NCBI GenBank assembly: GCA_017507985.1
Contig: JAFVZV010000052.1
Coordinates: 1-53,687 of the forward strand
From: Clostridia bacterium
GTDB taxonomy: Bacteria > Bacillota > Clostridia > Oscillospirales > CAG-272
Length of the DNA stretch: 53,687 nucleotides
Direction: 5' to 3'
The notes beneath the pieces were generated by a model that had not been told where the DNA came from, did no database searches, and saw only the letters and a list, made by a program, of their open reading frames with translations. Below are positions 8,503 to 17,982 of this stretch, piece after piece. Numbering within the stretch: the stretch's first letter is position 1; each line of letters opens with the position of its first letter. Made by a program: the position numbers and the translations under genes.

Positions 8503-10221
8503 ATGGACAAAAAGAAGCTGCTTTGTTTACTTTTAGCCTTATTTCTTCTGACCACTTGTATATTGACCATTGGCTGTGACCAAACAACGCCGCCCGAAGA
8601 CGCAAACAACGACACCGGCGACGTGGGTAACAGTCAAACCGAAGAAAACAATTATACTTTGGGCAATATCAAAAACACCATTGAGGATTACACCATTATC
8701 CGCTCGGAAAAAGCCACAAAGCTGGTCAAAAATGCCGTTATCCTGGCACGAACGACCATCAAGGAGGCAACCGACACCGAGATTGAGGTCGGCGAGGACT
8801 GGGTCGAGGACATGAAGTCCGATCATGAGATCCTCGTTGGTGAAACCAATCGCCCCGAATCTGCCGAGGCCATGAAGCTGCTATCAGACAGCAATCCCTA
8901 CACGGTCACGCAGATCAACGGAAAGATCTGCCTGGTTGGTACAGACGAATACGCCGTTCGCCGTGCCGTGTATGAGTTCCTTACAGTGTATTTTGGCTAT
9001 GAGGTCCCCAATTACAATTACAACTACCACAACGTCATTGATTACGGTGCCGAAGGCGACGGTGTCCGTGATGAAACCGAGTCCTTCCGCGCCGCCATCA
9101 CTGCGGCTGAAAAGGACGGTCTTCCCGTCTATGTTCCTGCCGGCACGTATCTCATCTCGGATATGCTGGAGCTTGACAGTGTCACTCTGTACGGCTATCA
9201 TTCAGGCGCTTGGACAGCAGACGACAGCGATCTGCCCGTCATCGTGCAGACCAATCTTGAACTCCCCGTGTTCAACGTTATCGCAGGATCCTTGTCCGGT
9301 CTTTTGATCGATGTCAAAGGCGTAACCAAAGGCATGGACATCACTCCTGCCGAGACAATTCGCCTCTCTCATGCCGGCGCTCGCGTCAGCAATTTGAAAA
9401 TCTATAATCCCTATATCGGCATTTCTACCTTCTATGACGGCGGTGACAATCCGGGGCGTTGCTTCATCGAAAATATTTTCATTGTCAATGCCTATGAAAT
9501 CGGCGTCAACGTCCATAGCACATGGGACGTTGCAACGCTTTGCAACATTGAGGTTTGGAATCCGCACACCGGAGGTGCCAATCAAAACTCCTGTGCCGTT
9601 GCCTTTAAGTTTGGCAAAAATGATGACCTTCGCGCAGTCAATCTATTCACCTTCAATTCCAAGATCGGTTTTCTTTTTGAGGAGACTGACATTGGCGGCG
9701 GTGTATACGAGGGCTGTTGGGGCAGCTTTACCAACTGCTCGACCGACTTGTGTGAAACAGGCTTGAAGATTGACAAGGGCCAGCACGCGCTGACTGTCAT
9801 CGGCGGCACTTACTGGAACCACCATTACGGACTACACGTCACAGCCAAAACAAGTGCTCTGACCCGTATTACCATGACGGGCTGTGAGCTCAAGACCAAC
9901 GGTGACGCAGGAACCGTCAACATCGCGGGTGGGCAAATGGTCACCGTCACGGGCTGTAATATCTCGCGCACGCAATCCGATCACAAGGGCATCCCCGTGA
10001 AGATCTCGGACGGCTCGGGCGTAACGCTCTCGGGCAATACCATCTGTGCCAACGGCACGGCAGGCATTAATATCGCTTCGACCTTCAATGGCGCGGCAAC
10101 CGTCACGGGCAATACCATCATCACCTCGCAATCATCGGCAGCAGGTGCCATCACCGGCAAGACGAGCGAGCGCGTTGTGATCGAAGGCAATGCTGTTTTG
10201 ACAGATTATCAATACGAATAA
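8503..10221 (+). CDS. Secreted, possibly lipid-anchored right-handed beta-helix protein (pectate-lyase-superfamily / GH28-GH55-like N-terminal motif)
   Basis: Signal peptide MDKKKLLCLLLALFLLTTCILTIGC. Motif NVIDYGAEGDGVRDETESFRAAI...VYVPAGTYLI is typical of Pectate_lyase_3-type beta-helices. The C-terminal part has repetitive G/T/N-rich strands. Start could be 8494 or 8503. Confidence 0.7.
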   Translation: MDKKKLLCLLLALFLLTTCILTIGCDQTTPPEDANNDTGDVGNSQTEENNYTLGNIKNTIEDYTIIRSEKATKLVKNAVILARTTIKEATDTEIEVGEDWVEDMKSDHEILVGETNRPESAEAMKLLSDSNPYTVTQINGKICLVGTDEYAVRRAVYEFLTVYFGYEVPNYNYNYHNVIDYGAEGDGVRDETESFRAAITAAEKDGLPVYVPAGTYLISDMLELDSVTLYGYHSGAWTADDSDLPVIVQTNLELPVFNVIAGSLSGLLIDVKGVTKGMDITPAETIRLSHAGARVSNLKIYNPYIGISTFYDGGDNPGRCFIENIFIVNAYEIGVNVHSTWDVATLCNIEVWNPHTGGANQNSCAVAFKFGKNDDLRAVNLFTFNSKIGFLFEETDIGGGVYEGCWGSFTNCSTDLCETGLKIDKGQHALTVIGGTYWNHHYGLHVTAKTSALTRITMTGCELKTNGDAGTVNIAGGQMVTVTGCNISRTQSDHKGIPVKISDGSGVTLSGNTICANGTAGINIASTFNGAATVTGNTIITSQSSAAGAITGKTSERVVIEGNAVLTDYQYE

Positions 10222-10226
10222 CCGCA

Positions 10227-10260
10227 AAAAACGCCAAGTCCCACAGGACTTGGCGTTTTC
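10227..10260. terminator. Bidirectional intrinsic terminator between convergent genes
   Basis: AAAACGCCAAGTCC-CACA-GGACTTGGCGTTTT hairpin flanked by an A-run and a T-run. Confidence 0.8.
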
Positions 10261-10274
10261 TTTTGCTTTTGTAA

Positions 10275-12212
10275 TTATCTTCTCTTTTCTGCGATCTCGT
10301 CTACGATCATGGATAGGAAATCTGCCGTGGGCATCGCGCCCTGCTCGCCTTCCTTGCGGGAGCGGACGGAAACGGTACCCTGCTCCACTTCCTTTGCGCC
10401 GACGATAAGCATATACGGCACCTTCTCCTGCTGTGCGGCACGAATTTTGTAACCGATGGTGTTGTTGCTCTTGTCGATCTCAACACGCATGCCCATTGCG
10501 GTCATGCGATCAGCAATCTTCTGGCAATATTCAACCTCACCGTCGCCCATAGGCAGGAACTTAGCCTGTACGGGTGCCATCCAGGTAGGCAGTGCGCCTG
10601 CGTACTTTTCGATCAGATACGCCAGCGTTCTCTCGTAGCAGCCCAGCGAGGTACGGTGGATGATATAGGGCTTCTTGAGCTGTCCGTCGCTGTCAACGTA
10701 TTCCATGCCAAACTTTTCAGCCAACAGCATGTCGATCTGGATGGTAACGATGGTATCTTCCTTGCCAAACACGTTCTTGTACTGGATGTCCAGCTTGGGA
10801 CCGTAGAAAGCAGCCTCGTCAATACCAATGTCGTACTTGACTTCCAGCTTATCGAGAATATCCTTCATGACGCTTTGTGCGTGCTCCCACTGCTCGGGCG
10901 TACCCTCGTACTTGATGCCTGCACGGGCGGGATCCCACTGTGAGAAGCGGAAGGTGCAGTCCTCCAGCATACCAACGGTATCCAAACAATACTTGGCCAG
11001 CTCCAAGCATCCGCGGAATTCTTCCTCCAGCTGCTCAGGACGGAGCACCAGGTGACCCTCGGAAATGGTAAACTGACGAACGCGGATCAAACCGTGCATC
11101 TCGCCGCTGTCTTCGTTACGGAACAGGGTGGACGTTTCACCCAAGCGCATGGGCAGATCTCGGTAAGAACGCTTTTTATTCAAAAATACCTGATACTGGA
11201 AGGGGCAGGTCATGGGACGCAGGGCGAAGCATTCCTTGGTTTCATCGTCTGCGTCACCCAAAATGAACATACCGTCACGATAGTGATCCCAGTGACCCGA
11301 AATGCGATACAGATCGCGCTTAGCCATCAAAGGCGTCTTGGTCAGCAGGTAGCCTCTCTTCTGCTCCTCATCTTCAACCCAGCGCTGAAGCGTCTGAATG
11401 ACGCGTGCACCCTTGGGCATGAGAATGGGCAGGCCCTGACCGATGACGTCGACTGTCGTAAAATATTCCAAGTCGCGGCCGAGCTTATTATGGTCGCGCT
11501 TTTTTGCTTCTTCCAACTGAGTCAGATGAGCATTCAGACCTTCCTTGTTGGGGAACGCTACGCCGTAGACGCGCTGCAGCATCTTATTGCTTTGGTCGCC
11601 CTTCCAATACGCGCCCGTGCACTGGGTCAGCTTGAAGGCCTTGACAGCCCCCGTCGCGTACAGGTGAGGACCGGCACAAAGGTCAACGTACTCGCCTTGA
11701 CGGTAGAAGCTGATGGTCTCGCCCTCGGGCAGCTCCTCGATCAGCTGAACCTTGTAGGGCTCTTCTCTTTCGGTCATAAAGGCGATAGCCTCCTCGCGAG
11801 GTAAGGTAAATCTCTCAATAAGAAGATTCTCCTTGACGATCTTTTTCATCTCGTCCTCAAGCTTTTTGAGCACGTCGGCCGAGAAGGGCGTTTCGCTGTC
11901 GAAATCGTAATAGAAGCCGCTCTCGATGGCAGGACCGATGGTCAGCTTGGCCTCGGGGAACAGTCTTTTAACCGCCTGCGCCAGCACGTGAGCCGCCGTA
12001 TGATTAAACACGTGGCGACCGTCCTTGTCCTCAAAAGTGAGCAGCTGAACGTCCGCGTCTGCATCGAGAACGTGCGTCATATCGACGACCTGACCGTTCA
12101 CACGCGCTGCCAGATGGGCGCGCGTACCGACCTCTGCCGCACGAGCAGCATCAAAGACGGACAGCGGTGCATCAAAACTCATTTCTTTTTCTGCAAATTT
12201 TACTAAAAACAT
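10275..12212 (-). CDS. thrS: Threonine--tRNA ligase
   Basis: 645-aa ORF with TGS, editing and class II core regions recognisable, preceded by a Thr-specific T-box leader. Confidence 0.95.
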   Translation of the reverse strand: MFLVKFAEKEMSFDAPLSVFDAARAAEVGTRAHLAARVNGQVVDMTHVLDADADVQLLTFEDKDGRHVFNHTAAHVLAQAVKRLFPEAKLTIGPAIESGFYYDFDSETPFSADVLKKLEDEMKKIVKENLLIERFTLPREEAIAFMTEREEPYKVQLIEELPEGETISFYRQGEYVDLCAGPHLYATGAVKAFKLTQCTGAYWKGDQSNKMLQRVYGVAFPNKEGLNAHLTQLEEAKKRDHNKLGRDLEYFTTVDVIGQGLPILMPKGARVIQTLQRWVEDEEQKRGYLLTKTPLMAKRDLYRISGHWDHYRDGMFILGDADDETKECFALRPMTCPFQYQVFLNKKRSYRDLPMRLGETSTLFRNEDSGEMHGLIRVRQFTISEGHLVLRPEQLEEEFRGCLELAKYCLDTVGMLEDCTFRFSQWDPARAGIKYEGTPEQWEHAQSVMKDILDKLEVKYDIGIDEAAFYGPKLDIQYKNVFGKEDTIVTIQIDMLLAEKFGMEYVDSDGQLKKPYIIHRTSLGCYERTLAYLIEKYAGALPTWMAPVQAKFLPMGDGEVEYCQKIADRMTAMGMRVEIDKSNNTIGYKIRAAQQEKVPYMLIVGAKEVEQGTVSVRSRKEGEQGAMPTADFLSMIVDEIAEKRR

Positions 12213-12457
12213 GGGCTTTTTCCTCCATTGATATATTATTTAAAATAAAAGCGCACCCCGACAAAGAATCTTTGTCGGGGTGCGGATATTCTCCGCACGG
12301 TTCCACCCGTGCTTTAACTTCATTGATATTCAACTGACGAGCCGGTGGTATATCGGGGCTTTGCACAAGGGCCTTTCAGCACGAGCATTGCTCGGGTCCT
12401 CTCTCTGGTTGTAAAGCGCTCCCTTTACATGTCCGATTCGCGGCAAACGCGTTGCCA
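12213..12457 (-). promoter_or_regulatory. T-box riboswitch leader (threonine specifier ACC) with terminator/antiterminator
   Basis: The minus strand shows the AGAGA bulge motif, GCTGAAAGG distal loop and a specifier region ATATACCACCGG containing ACC codons. The T-box sequence is GGGTGGAACCGTGCGG (12293-12308). The terminator GCACCCCGACAAAGA/TCTTTGTCGGGGTGC plus a T-run (12241-12283) overlaps the antiterminator. Confidence 0.85.
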
Positions 12458-12463
12458 TGCATT

Positions 12464-12492
12464 ATTTTACCGCATGGACATACGTTTGTCAA
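12464..12492 (-). promoter_or_regulatory. SigA promoter for the thrS leader (TTGACA-17-TAAAAT)
   Basis: Reverse complement of 12487-12492 is TTGACA and of 12464-12469 is TAAAAT. Confidence 0.6.
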
Positions 12493-12504
12493 TAGATTTT
12501 TCAA

Positions 12505-12933
12505 TTATTTTTTATGGCGCTGATTATAAGCCGAGCGAGGATTGAAAATCTCACGCCAATCCAAATCGCCGCGGTCCAGTGCTGTAATGATCACCTCGGC
12601 CGTCGCAATATTGGTTGCAACGGGAATATTGTACATATCACACATACGGAACAGCTCATGCTCCACAGGATCAACGTAGTCGGACTGACGGGTATCACGG
12701 AAATCCAGCAAAATGTCGATCTCGTTATAAGCAATACGAGAGGCAATCTGCTGCTCGCCGCCCTGCTCGCCTGTCAAAAGCCGTTCAATATTCAGGCCCG
12801 TAGCATCCGAAATATATTTCGCAGTAATGCTCGTGGCACAAAGATTATGCTTACTCAAAATGCCGCAGTATGCAATACAGAACTGAGCCATCAGTTCTTT
12901 CTTCGTATCATGGGCGATAATCGCGATTTCCAT
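12505..12933 (-). CDS. Methylglyoxal synthase-like (MGS-like domain) protein with substituted catalytic positions
   Basis: 142 aa. IAIIAHDTKKELM, GGEQQI and NIPVATNIATAE align with MgsA blocks. The TGTTG, GGDQQ and PHDPD positions read TSITA, GGEQQ and YVDPV. Confidence 0.7.
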   Translation of the reverse strand: MEIAIIAHDTKKELMAQFCIAYCGILSKHNLCATSITAKYISDATGLNIERLLTGEQGGEQQIASRIAYNEIDILLDFRDTRQSDYVDPVEHELFRMCDMYNIPVATNIATAEVIITALDRGDLDWREIFNPRSAYNQRHKK

Positions 12934-13044
12934 TCATTTCATCCTCTCTTTGGTATAAATACATGGATTTCTGCATCCAAATCGTCATATCATGTGGCGA
13001 AATGCACAACAAATTTATCTGAGATATGATCAATTTTATGGCTT

Positions 13045-13073
13045 ATTATACCATAAAATTCACAACTTGTCAA
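13045..13073 (-). promoter_or_regulatory. Perfect consensus SigA promoter (TTGACA-17-TATAAT) for the MGS-like gene
   Basis: Reverse complement of 13068-13073 is TTGACA and of 13045-13050 is TATAAT. An A/T-rich UP-like tract lies upstream (13080-13150). Confidence 0.65.
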
Positions 13074-13220
13074 CACCCGTACCCCTCGTTTTAAATTTTT
13101 TCTCCTACTTTTTTTTGCATTTTTGAAATTTTTTTATTCGTATAAAACAGCAAAACCGACCGCGCACCATCAGCATGATTGACGGAACCGCGATCGGTTA
13201 TGCAAAAGTAACAAAGCAAA

Positions 13221-15629
13221 TTATTTGAGTTCAACAACCGTCACACCGCCATCGCCCTCGCCATACTGACCGAGGCGGAAGGAGGACAATCGCTTATCGC
13301 CCTTTAAAAAACGCCAAAGCGCTGTTTTCAGCGCGCCCGTGCCCTTGCCGTGAATGAGCGAAACGGTTTTGATACCGTGCAGCTGTGCCTCGTCGAGATA
13401 CTTATCAACCGCACTCCATGCCTCCTCACCCGTCATGCCCCGCAGGTCGATCTCGGGCTTGAAATTGTGACTGACCTGTGCGCGATAATCCGCTGCTTTT
13501 TTGCTCTGCTTGTCTTTCGTAATCAGTTGGGGGCTGTTTTCGATCAGCTTGAGATTTTTGATCTTGGTTTTGGTCGTAATGATGCCCGCCTTGACCATAA
13601 CGTTTCCACTACGATCGGGCTCTGAAACGACAACGGCTTGCTTGCCAATATCCATGAGATAGACCTCGTCGCCTTTGCGAAGGGCGCGCGGCAGTACGTA
13701 GTTTTCATCCTTGCGTTCATCCACAGGATCCAACATATTCTCGTTTTCCCTCAGATAGGCACGAACGTTGCGGCGTGTTTCCTCCAACTGTGATGCCAAA
13801 CGATCGGTCTGTTGGGCCCGGCGAACCTTGTCTGCCTGTTCCAAAATATAGTCGCTGGACACCTTAGCGCTGGTCAAAATGGCCTGCGCCTTTTCGCGTG
13901 CCTTTTCCAACGTGGTTTCCGACTGTGCCAGTTGCTTTTGAATCTGTCGCTCGGCCGAGACCTTGTAGGCCTCATATTCCTTGCGCAAGCGCTCAGCCTC
14001 CGCGCGCTCTTTATCCATAGCGATACGGCTACGCTCCAGCTGTTCGATGACATCTTCAAACTGTTTGTTATCCGCGCTGATATATTCCTGCGCCCGTGCT
14101 ACAATGGCAGAAGGAATACCAAGCTTGGTTGAAATGGCAAACGCGTTGGATTTACCGGGCGTGCCCACGATCAGCTTGTAGGTCGGTTTGAGTGTTTCTA
14201 CGTCAAACTCACATGAAGCGTTGCAGACGCCGGGTGTCGATAAGGCATAGGCTTTCAGTTCTGCATAGTGTGTCGTCGCACCGCACATCGCGCCCGCGTC
14301 GCGTACGGCCTCGATGATGGCCACCGCCAGTGCCGCACCTTCCACAGGGTCAGTGCCGCCACCCAACTCATCAAACAGCACCAGAGAGCGGTCGGTCAAT
14401 TCATTCAAAATAGAAACGATATTGACCATATGCGACGAAAAAGTTGACAACGATTGCTCAATGCTCTGCTCGTCGCCAAGATCGACCAAAACACGATCAA
14501 ACAAACACATAGTAGATGGCTCATCGGCAGGAATATGCAAGCCGGATTGCACCATCAAAGCAAACAGGCCCAGCGTTTTGAGGGTGACCGTTTTACCGCC
14601 CGTATTGGGACCGGTGATAATTAAGGTATCATAGCCACCGTTGTCCCCGCAGCCTGCGCCCAAGGATACGTTGATCGGCACCACGGTGCTTTTATCGATG
14701 AGGGGATGACGAGCACGCGAGAGCTTGACTGTTCTTTCGCCCGTTAGAAGCGGTGCAATGCCCCTCATACGTGCGGACAGCTCACCGCAAGCGAAAATAA
14801 AGGCCAACTCGGTGATATTGCGGTAATTCAGATCGATGACACTGCCAACCTCGCTGACAGCGGCAGACAACTCCGCCAAAATTCGCTCGATCTCACGCTC
14901 TTCCTTGGCGTGAAGAAGACGGAGCTCGTTGTTGGCTTCGACCACAGCCATAGGCTCAATAAACAGTGTCGCGCCTGAGGCAGAAGTATCGTGCAACAAG
15001 CCGGGAACGTCACCGCGGCATTCAGCACGCACGGGAACAACGTAACGCCCATCGCGCGTGGTCACCAGATTCTCCTGCAGGAATTTGGCGTGCGTTCCGC
15101 CCGAAATATATTTGTGCAGAATATCCTTGATGCGGATATTGGCTGCACGCATATTGCGGCGGATAGTGGCAAGCGCAGGACTTGCTTCGTCTGCAATCAT
15201 GTCTTCGGCGGGGATAGCTCGCTCGATCTGAAGCTCCAGATGACGGTTGGGCATCAAACGCTCAAACATTTCATCCAGCGAGGTCTCAAACGTCATATTT
15301 GTCGTGCCGTAATCGCGAAGCGTCCGCGCCGTGCGAAGTACGTTCGCAATGTCTAACAGCTCACGGGGAGAGAGCACCGCGCCCTTCTCTGCTCGTTCGC
15401 AACAACCGACGACGTCCTTGACCATACCAAAGGACGGCATACCCTTGGCATCACACATACGGCGTGCATCTGTTGTATGTCGCAGGCGGCGCAATACAAC
15501 GTGAATGTCATCCGATGGAGAGAGGCGTACGGCCATTGCGCGACTCCCCTCGGTTGGGGCACAGTCAGCAAGCATGGCAAGAACGCGATCGAACTCCAGC
15601 GTTGTCATTGTTTTTTCTGTAATTTTCAT
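13221..15629 (-). CDS. mutS2: Endonuclease MutS2
   Basis: 802 aa. Walker A GPNTGGKT, long coiled-coil middle region and a C-terminal Smr domain (DLRGMTGEEA...IHGKGTGAL). Confidence 0.93.
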   Translation of the reverse strand: MKITEKTMTTLEFDRVLAMLADCAPTEGSRAMAVRLSPSDDIHVVLRRLRHTTDARRMCDAKGMPSFGMVKDVVGCCERAEKGAVLSPRELLDIANVLRTARTLRDYGTTNMTFETSLDEMFERLMPNRHLELQIERAIPAEDMIADEASPALATIRRNMRAANIRIKDILHKYISGGTHAKFLQENLVTTRDGRYVVPVRAECRGDVPGLLHDTSASGATLFIEPMAVVEANNELRLLHAKEEREIERILAELSAAVSEVGSVIDLNYRNITELAFIFACGELSARMRGIAPLLTGERTVKLSRARHPLIDKSTVVPINVSLGAGCGDNGGYDTLIITGPNTGGKTVTLKTLGLFALMVQSGLHIPADEPSTMCLFDRVLVDLGDEQSIEQSLSTFSSHMVNIVSILNELTDRSLVLFDELGGGTDPVEGAALAVAIIEAVRDAGAMCGATTHYAELKAYALSTPGVCNASCEFDVETLKPTYKLIVGTPGKSNAFAISTKLGIPSAIVARAQEYISADNKQFEDVIEQLERSRIAMDKERAEAERLRKEYEAYKVSAERQIQKQLAQSETTLEKAREKAQAILTSAKVSSDYILEQADKVRRAQQTDRLASQLEETRRNVRAYLRENENMLDPVDERKDENYVLPRALRKGDEVYLMDIGKQAVVVSEPDRSGNVMVKAGIITTKTKIKNLKLIENSPQLITKDKQSKKAADYRAQVSHNFKPEIDLRGMTGEEAWSAVDKYLDEAQLHGIKTVSLIHGKGTGALKTALWRFLKGDKRLSSFRLGQYGEGDGGVTVVELK

Positions 15630-15718
15630 AGTAGAATCGTAGTCCCTTTGAATCGGAAATATTGGTAATCGGGATATAGCTCCCTGTAAAGATCGTTCCG
15701 CGTTGACGATCTTACACG

Positions 15719-16513
15719 CTATTTTCCCCTCATTTGCTCATACATTTTCAAAGCCGCGCTGTCCACGTCCAAATGATACCGCACGAACTTCTCTCCCGCG
15801 CGTGACAAATCATATCGGCCGGTCTCATCGTCCAAACGGAAGGACATCATCTTACCCAGCGGCGTGGAAATGGCAAATCGAATCGCCTCCAGTGCCCCCT
15901 GCGAAAGCAACACCCATTCGTGGCGAGGAGCATCGTCGTCTATGCGCAAACCGTCGCCAAGCACCTCTCGCTTAGCACGACACTCGCCGCAGAAAAGCTC
16001 GCCCTGCGCAATATCCAGCGCAAAACCACCATCCTGCACCTTACCGCATCCACAGCAACGATGGACCGCAGGAGACAGCCCTTGCATTGCAAGAACTCTC
16101 CACTCAAATACCCCCTTGATCAGCTCGTCGGGATAGGTCTTGTTGGCAAGAAAATACAGCGAATTGAGCAGCAATCGCAACAGCTCCTCGCAAGGCTCGC
16201 CCGGCTCGCTGACAGCAATCGCGACATCACAAAAATATGCCGCCAGATTGAGCGCATCCAGACGCGAGGTCACACCGTAAAAGTTTTCCTTCAGCTCTCC
16301 GGTGCGCAGCCAATAGAGATCTCCCTTTTTGTACAATTCAAAATCACCGTAGCAAAAGGGCTGGCTCATGGCCATTTGAGGTCCCTTGAGCGATCTCGCA
16401 CCTTTGGCAATCACGGTCATCTTGCCCATCTCAGGCGTCAGCAGCGTAAGGATGACATCCTTTTCTCGCTTGGCGCGAATGACCAGCCCCATGGTATGGC
16501 ACTGCTCCGACAT
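15719..16513 (-). CDS. recO: DNA repair protein RecO
   Basis: 264 aa with RBS AAAGGAG. N-terminal OB-fold-like GLVIRAKREKDVILTLLTPEMGKMTVIAKGARS and a Cys-rich zinc motif CCGCG...CGEC. Sits downstream of era as in other Firmicutes. Confidence 0.88.
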   Translation of the reverse strand: MSEQCHTMGLVIRAKREKDVILTLLTPEMGKMTVIAKGARSLKGPQMAMSQPFCYGDFELYKKGDLYWLRTGELKENFYGVTSRLDALNLAAYFCDVAIAVSEPGEPCEELLRLLLNSLYFLANKTYPDELIKGVFEWRVLAMQGLSPAVHRCCGCGKVQDGGFALDIAQGELFCGECRAKREVLGDGLRIDDDAPRHEWVLLSQGALEAIRFAISTPLGKMMSFRLDDETGRYDLSRAGEKFVRYHLDVDSAALKMYEQMRGK

Positions 16514-16550
16514 ATCCTCACGCTCCTTTCGTATCTATGATTGACCTTGG

Positions 16551-17465
16551 TTATTCGTCCTGATAGCCGAAATTGCCGACGGCACGGGCATTGTCGCGCC
16601 AGTTTTCCTTGACCTTAACCCAAAGATTAAGATACACCTTCTTTTCCAGCATCTTTTCCAAGTCTGCACGGGCATACGAGCCGATGCGCTTGAGGCCTTC
16701 GCCACCCTTTCCGACGATAATACCCTTGTGAGATTCCTTCTCGCAGAAGATCTCTGCGCGAATACTGACCAACGTGTCCTCTTCCTTAAACTCCTCAATC
16801 ACGACGGCGACACCATGGGGAATTTCCTTGTCCAGCGTGCGCAAAATCTTCTCGCGAATGATCTCGGCAGTCACCTGGCGCATGGGCTGGTCGGTCATCA
16901 TATCCTCGGGGAACAGCCATTCGGAGTCCACAAGGAACTTTTCGCACTCGGAAAGCAACGCCTTTGCGTTTTTACCGTTCTTGGCGCACAGCGGCACGTA
17001 AGCGTCAAATGCGTGGCGCTCCGAGTACGTCTGCAGACAGATCGCGATCTGCTCGGGTGTGGCCAGATCGGTCTTGTTGACCGCGAGAATGGACGGAATG
17101 CCCGTTCTTTTGATATTTTCGATGATCTTTTCCTCGACCGCACTGATCTTGCTCGTCGCATCGACCATCAGTATCACGGCATCCGAGTCACCCAGCGACG
17201 CGTCTGCCGTGCGCACCATAAACTCGCCCAGCGCGTTGCGGGGCGTGAAAATGCCGGGAGTGTCCAAAAATACGTACTGATCGTTACCCTCGGTCAAAAT
17301 ACCGAGAATGCGATTTCGCGTTGTTTGGGGCTTGTTGGAAACAATGGCGATCTTCTCACCAAGTAATGTATTCAATAGTGTCGATTTTCCCACGTTGGGT
17401 CGCCCGACAATGGCGATATATGCGGTTCTTGTCTGATTCATATTGTTTGTTTTCTCACCTTTCAT
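16551..17465 (-). CDS. era: GTPase Era
   Basis: G1 motif GRPNVGKST, DTPG, NKTD and a C-terminal KH domain. The ATG overlaps the upstream stop (ATGA). An alternative start lies at 17441. Confidence 0.93.
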   Translation of the reverse strand: MKGEKTNNMNQTRTAYIAIVGRPNVGKSTLLNTLLGEKIAIVSNKPQTTRNRILGILTEGNDQYVFLDTPGIFTPRNALGEFMVRTADASLGDSDAVILMVDATSKISAVEEKIIENIKRTGIPSILAVNKTDLATPEQIAICLQTYSERHAFDAYVPLCAKNGKNAKALLSECEKFLVDSEWLFPEDMMTDQPMRQVTAEIIREKILRTLDKEIPHGVAVVIEEFKEEDTLVSIRAEIFCEKESHKGIIVGKGGEGLKRIGSYARADLEKMLEKKVYLNLWVKVKENWRDNARAVGNFGYQDE

Positions 17466-17950
17466 TCTACCTTATCGGGAGCAAAGATCTCTGTCTGCTC
17501 GTATGTATTCAGGTCCACGAGAATAACCGAAATGATGGACGTTCCCTTGGCTTCGGACGTTACCATCAAATAATAGTCGCCACCTTCAACGTTGTAACGA
17601 CATACGTATACGATATCCTCTCCCAACACCTCACAGGGATAGTCATGGAGATCCTTCCACGTCAGATTCTCTCCTTTGGCCATAATCGCCTGCATCTGCT
17701 CAACCGTCATCAGATTTTCAGGCTCTTCTACCAAATTACCGTAGTGGGTGGCGCGGTAGATGCCAAAGCCGATCATAATGGCTACAATGACCAGCATACA
17801 ACCGATAAAGGTCAGTAGTTTGACGTTGCGTGTGACAAAGGTTTCGGTCTTTCCTATCGTATCAGCAGGCATCGCTTTTTGCTCTCTTCGAATGGGCTCG
17901 GGCTGTATATCGTCGCTATTTCTTTTGTTTTTAAATCCCGGATATGGCAT
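17462..17950 (-). CDS. Hypothetical single-pass membrane protein
   Basis: 162 aa with RBS AAAGGAG 5 nt upstream. One TM segment (LLTFIGCMLVIVAIMIGFGIY) followed by a roughly 100-aa extracytoplasmic domain. No family recognised. Confidence 0.6.
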   Translation of the reverse strand: MPYPGFKNKRNSDDIQPEPIRREQKAMPADTIGKTETFVTRNVKLLTFIGCMLVIVAIMIGFGIYRATHYGNLVEEPENLMTVEQMQAIMAKGENLTWKDLHDYPCEVLGEDIVYVCRYNVEGGDYYLMVTSEAKGTSIISVILVDLNTYEQTEIFAPDKVE

Positions 17951-17982
17951 ATTAGCTCCTTTCTCCGCCGCAGTTGTTCTGA

